From NCBI GenBank assembly GCA_047495785.1, contig JBLDXI010000029.1:2852001-2916000 (forward strand): a stretch of 64,000 nt of DNA, read 5' to 3'. The position numbers and the translations under genes are program-made. Positions 62,055 through 64,000 of the stretch are shown here, piece by piece. Numbering within the stretch: position 1 is the stretch's first letter; each line of letters opens with the position of its first letter. Below the pieces are notes generated by a model, which was not told the DNA's origin, made no database searches, and saw only the letters and a list, made by a program, of their open reading frames with translations. This DNA is from Lepidodermella squamata (taxonomy: Eukaryota; Animalia; Gastrotricha).

Positions 62055-64000
62055 CTACGCTAGATTTCGAAGAATAGCTACGCATACTTCAAATGGCAGC
62101 TTAACGAAGATAATTGTGTCATCGCCCATGTTGGACTTCAAGCTGTACCATTCATTGAGGCCAACGACCTTTTTCTGTCCATAAATAGATCGACGGGCGT
62201 CATTAGGAACGATTCTGAAGCCCTCAGAGCAAGAATTGCGCAGATTATCGCGACAGAGTATGGTATCATTGATAGCCTTTGAGGATACAGTTTTTGCATA
62301 ATCGATATGGTGAGTTGATGGGATCATCAAATAGCCTTCAAAACGCGATGTAATGTCATTGCAAGTCTCATTCCATGAATCCTCTTCGCTTTCCAAATTG
62401 TTCACTGCTCGCTCGTCATTTCTTTCGACAGAAGAGATGTTCTGATCCTGGTAAGTTGATTGATTCAAAAGTTTCGAATTGGTAAGATTCAGCTGTAGCT
62501 CGAAGCATGTATCCAGTGGTAACTTTATGACAACTGGACGTTTCTCTGAGTCCCGTAACAAACTCTGCCTGAACCGAAACCAATCGGGGAAACTGACGAT
62601 TTTCCTTCTTCCAGTAAATCTCCCTCCGATACTTGAAATGAAAAGACCGCTGAGGCAGATATCCTGAAGAGAGTTAGGACAGGACACTTTGTCCGTTGAG
62701 TTCAGTGTCTCGAAAGCGAGGCGATGAGACGGCGGAATGATCAAGATTTGTCTTAAACGGGTGACGAAATCAAAACAAGTTAAATTGGGCAAATTCACTT
62801 GAACTAATGTGTCGTTGTAGTCAGAAAAATTTGAAGAATTGATTGCCAACGATGTATTTATCGGAAAAGTCTTAGATACTGCGTAATCCTCTTGAATTTT
62901 TCCTGTTGAATTCCGAATGTTGTAGTCAGAAAAATTAGAAAAATTGAAAGCCAAAGTTATATTAATCGGTAAGGTCTTAGATACTGTGTAATCCTTCTTA
63001 ACATTTGTCGTTAAATTCCGAATATTCAAAAGCACTGATGTGCTGTTGTAGTCAGAAAAATTCGAAGAATTGAGCACCATCAACGTAGAATTAACTGGAA
63101 AAGGTTTAGATGTTACGTAATCCTCCTTAATATTGTCTGTTAAATTCCCCGTCAAATTCCCATTGGAAACTTCCATGGACTCATTTCTAATGGGATAAGG
63201 GCGTGGGATGGTAACGTTGTGGATGTTACTTCTTGCATTCGTCGTATTTTTCTTTACTGTAGTTGACCAGTTCACGGATTTGGTTGTTACATCCAGTAAG
63301 GTTGGTTCAGTCGGAGAATAGGTCGCGTTAAGTGCCGAAGTTGAGACCTCTCGAATTTTTCTCGCACTCGTACTAGGGCTCGCTGTAGTCGATATTTGGG
63401 GGAACACGTCAATTTTAGTATCATTCGCGCCTTGGAAGCTTGAGGCAAACTCTGAAAAACCGACAGCACCGGCAACGCCGCCAACTCCGCCGAAAATAGC
63501 TGCTCCTATAGCTCCGAATATTGAGGCAAACGCAGAGCTAGCCCCGGCTGCTCCACCTCCGCCGCCGCCGCCGCCGCCGATACCCGGGGAGAGACCTGGA
63601 CTTAACATAGGGTTCATGGATGTTGAGTCAAAAGCTGGATCAACCGGCTCTGAAAATGGGTCTGGAAATTCTACGTCCATCCCTTCATTTGGCAGGGATC
63701 CAAAAGGATCGGAATTAGGGCTGAAGAATGAGCTGAAAGCTCCGACAGTCCCAGCTGCTCCTGCAGCCGAAGCCCCGCCGATACCAAGCCCAGTGATTTC
63801 CCCAATGGATAAGGATGAATTATCCGTGAAAACTGGAGTTGGCGCATTGAATACGTTCACTCCTTTCTTGAGAAGGCCGATATTGGAGGTAGGAATTTCC
63901 GGCACAACTGAGCTACTGAAATCAACAAGTCGGGCCGTATGATTTGCAATGGCAGTTGTAGAAACAGCTGAGGCGTTAAAATCATCAAGCTTGGCCGTTA
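62055..64000 (-). CDS. 5'-truncated large glycoprotein with Gly/Ala-rich hydrophobic segments, three internal repeats and two C-terminal 4-Cys domains
   Basis: The frame stays open to the window edge (TAKLDDFNASAV...). Three (K/E)xDYxxSKxxPxNxxL.xNxSNFSDYN repeats. Duplicated TC...C...C...W...KLP..C domain. Confidence 0.7.
   Translation of the reverse strand, partial: TAKLDDFNASAVSTTAIANHTARLVDFSSSVVPEIPTSNIGLLKKGVNVFNAPTPVFTDNSSLSIGEITGLGIGGASAAGAAGTVGAFSSFFSPNSDPFGSLPNEGMDVEFPDPFSEPVDPAFDSTSMNPMLSPGLSPGIGGGGGGGGGAAGASSAFASIFGAIGAAIFGGVGGVAGAVGFSEFASSFQGANDTKIDVFPQISTTASPSTSARKIREVSTSALNATYSPTEPTLLDVTTKSVNWSTTVKKNTTNARSNIHNVTIPRPYPIRNESMEVSNGNLTGNLTDNIKEDYVTSKPFPVNSTLMVLNSSNFSDYNSTSVLLNIRNLTTNVKKDYTVSKTLPINITLAFNFSNFSDYNIRNSTGKIQEDYAVSKTFPINTSLAINSSNFSDYNDTLVQVNLPNLTCFDFVTRLRQILIIPPSHRLAFETLNSTDKVSCPNSLQDICLSGLFISSIGGRFTGRRKIVSFPDWFRFRQSLLRDSEKRPVVIKLPLDTCFELQLNLTNSKLLNQSTYQDQNISSVERNDERAVNNLESEEDSWNETCNDITSRFEGYLMIPSTHHIDYAKTVSSKAINDTILCRDNLRNSCSEGFRIVPNDARRSIYGQKKVVGLNEWYSLKSNMGDDTIIFVKLPFEVCVAILRNLA

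Overview
This is a eukaryotic (invertebrate metazoan) genomic window with a compact gene layout and mostly 45-65 nt GT-AG introns. The species cannot be identified from the sequence alone. From left to right it holds: degenerate TTAGGG repeats; V-ATPase c subunit (+); four tandem paralogues of an unrecognised secreted two-Cys helical protein (-); two tandem multi-exon Cys-loop receptor subunits only 41 nt apart (-); a centrosomin/CDK5RAP2-like gene (+) whose long introns hold several MITEs and an intron-containing tRNA-Asn(GUU); a secreted EGF/lectin-like/PAN/fibrinogen-like mosaic gene (-); a secreted protein with six C-type lectin domains and about 18 copies of an unrecognised 4-Cys module (-); a multi-pass membrane protein (-); a short TBC1D1/4-like RabGAP (+); and an intron-poor receptor cluster (type II glycoprotein, two intronless short Cys-loop receptors, a GABA-B-like class C GPCR, an Ig-like secreted protein and a partial repeat-rich glycoprotein). 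The strongest leads are: (1) operon-like gene packing with unpaired splice acceptors just before start codons, suggesting SL trans-splicing, most clearly for two channel subunits with opposite charge at the -1' selectivity ring; (2) the orphan secreted family next to them; (3) the new Cys-rich lectin super-repeat; (4) an inverted MITE pair bracketing a frame-preserving three-exon block. All gene models were spliced by eye and need transcript confirmation.
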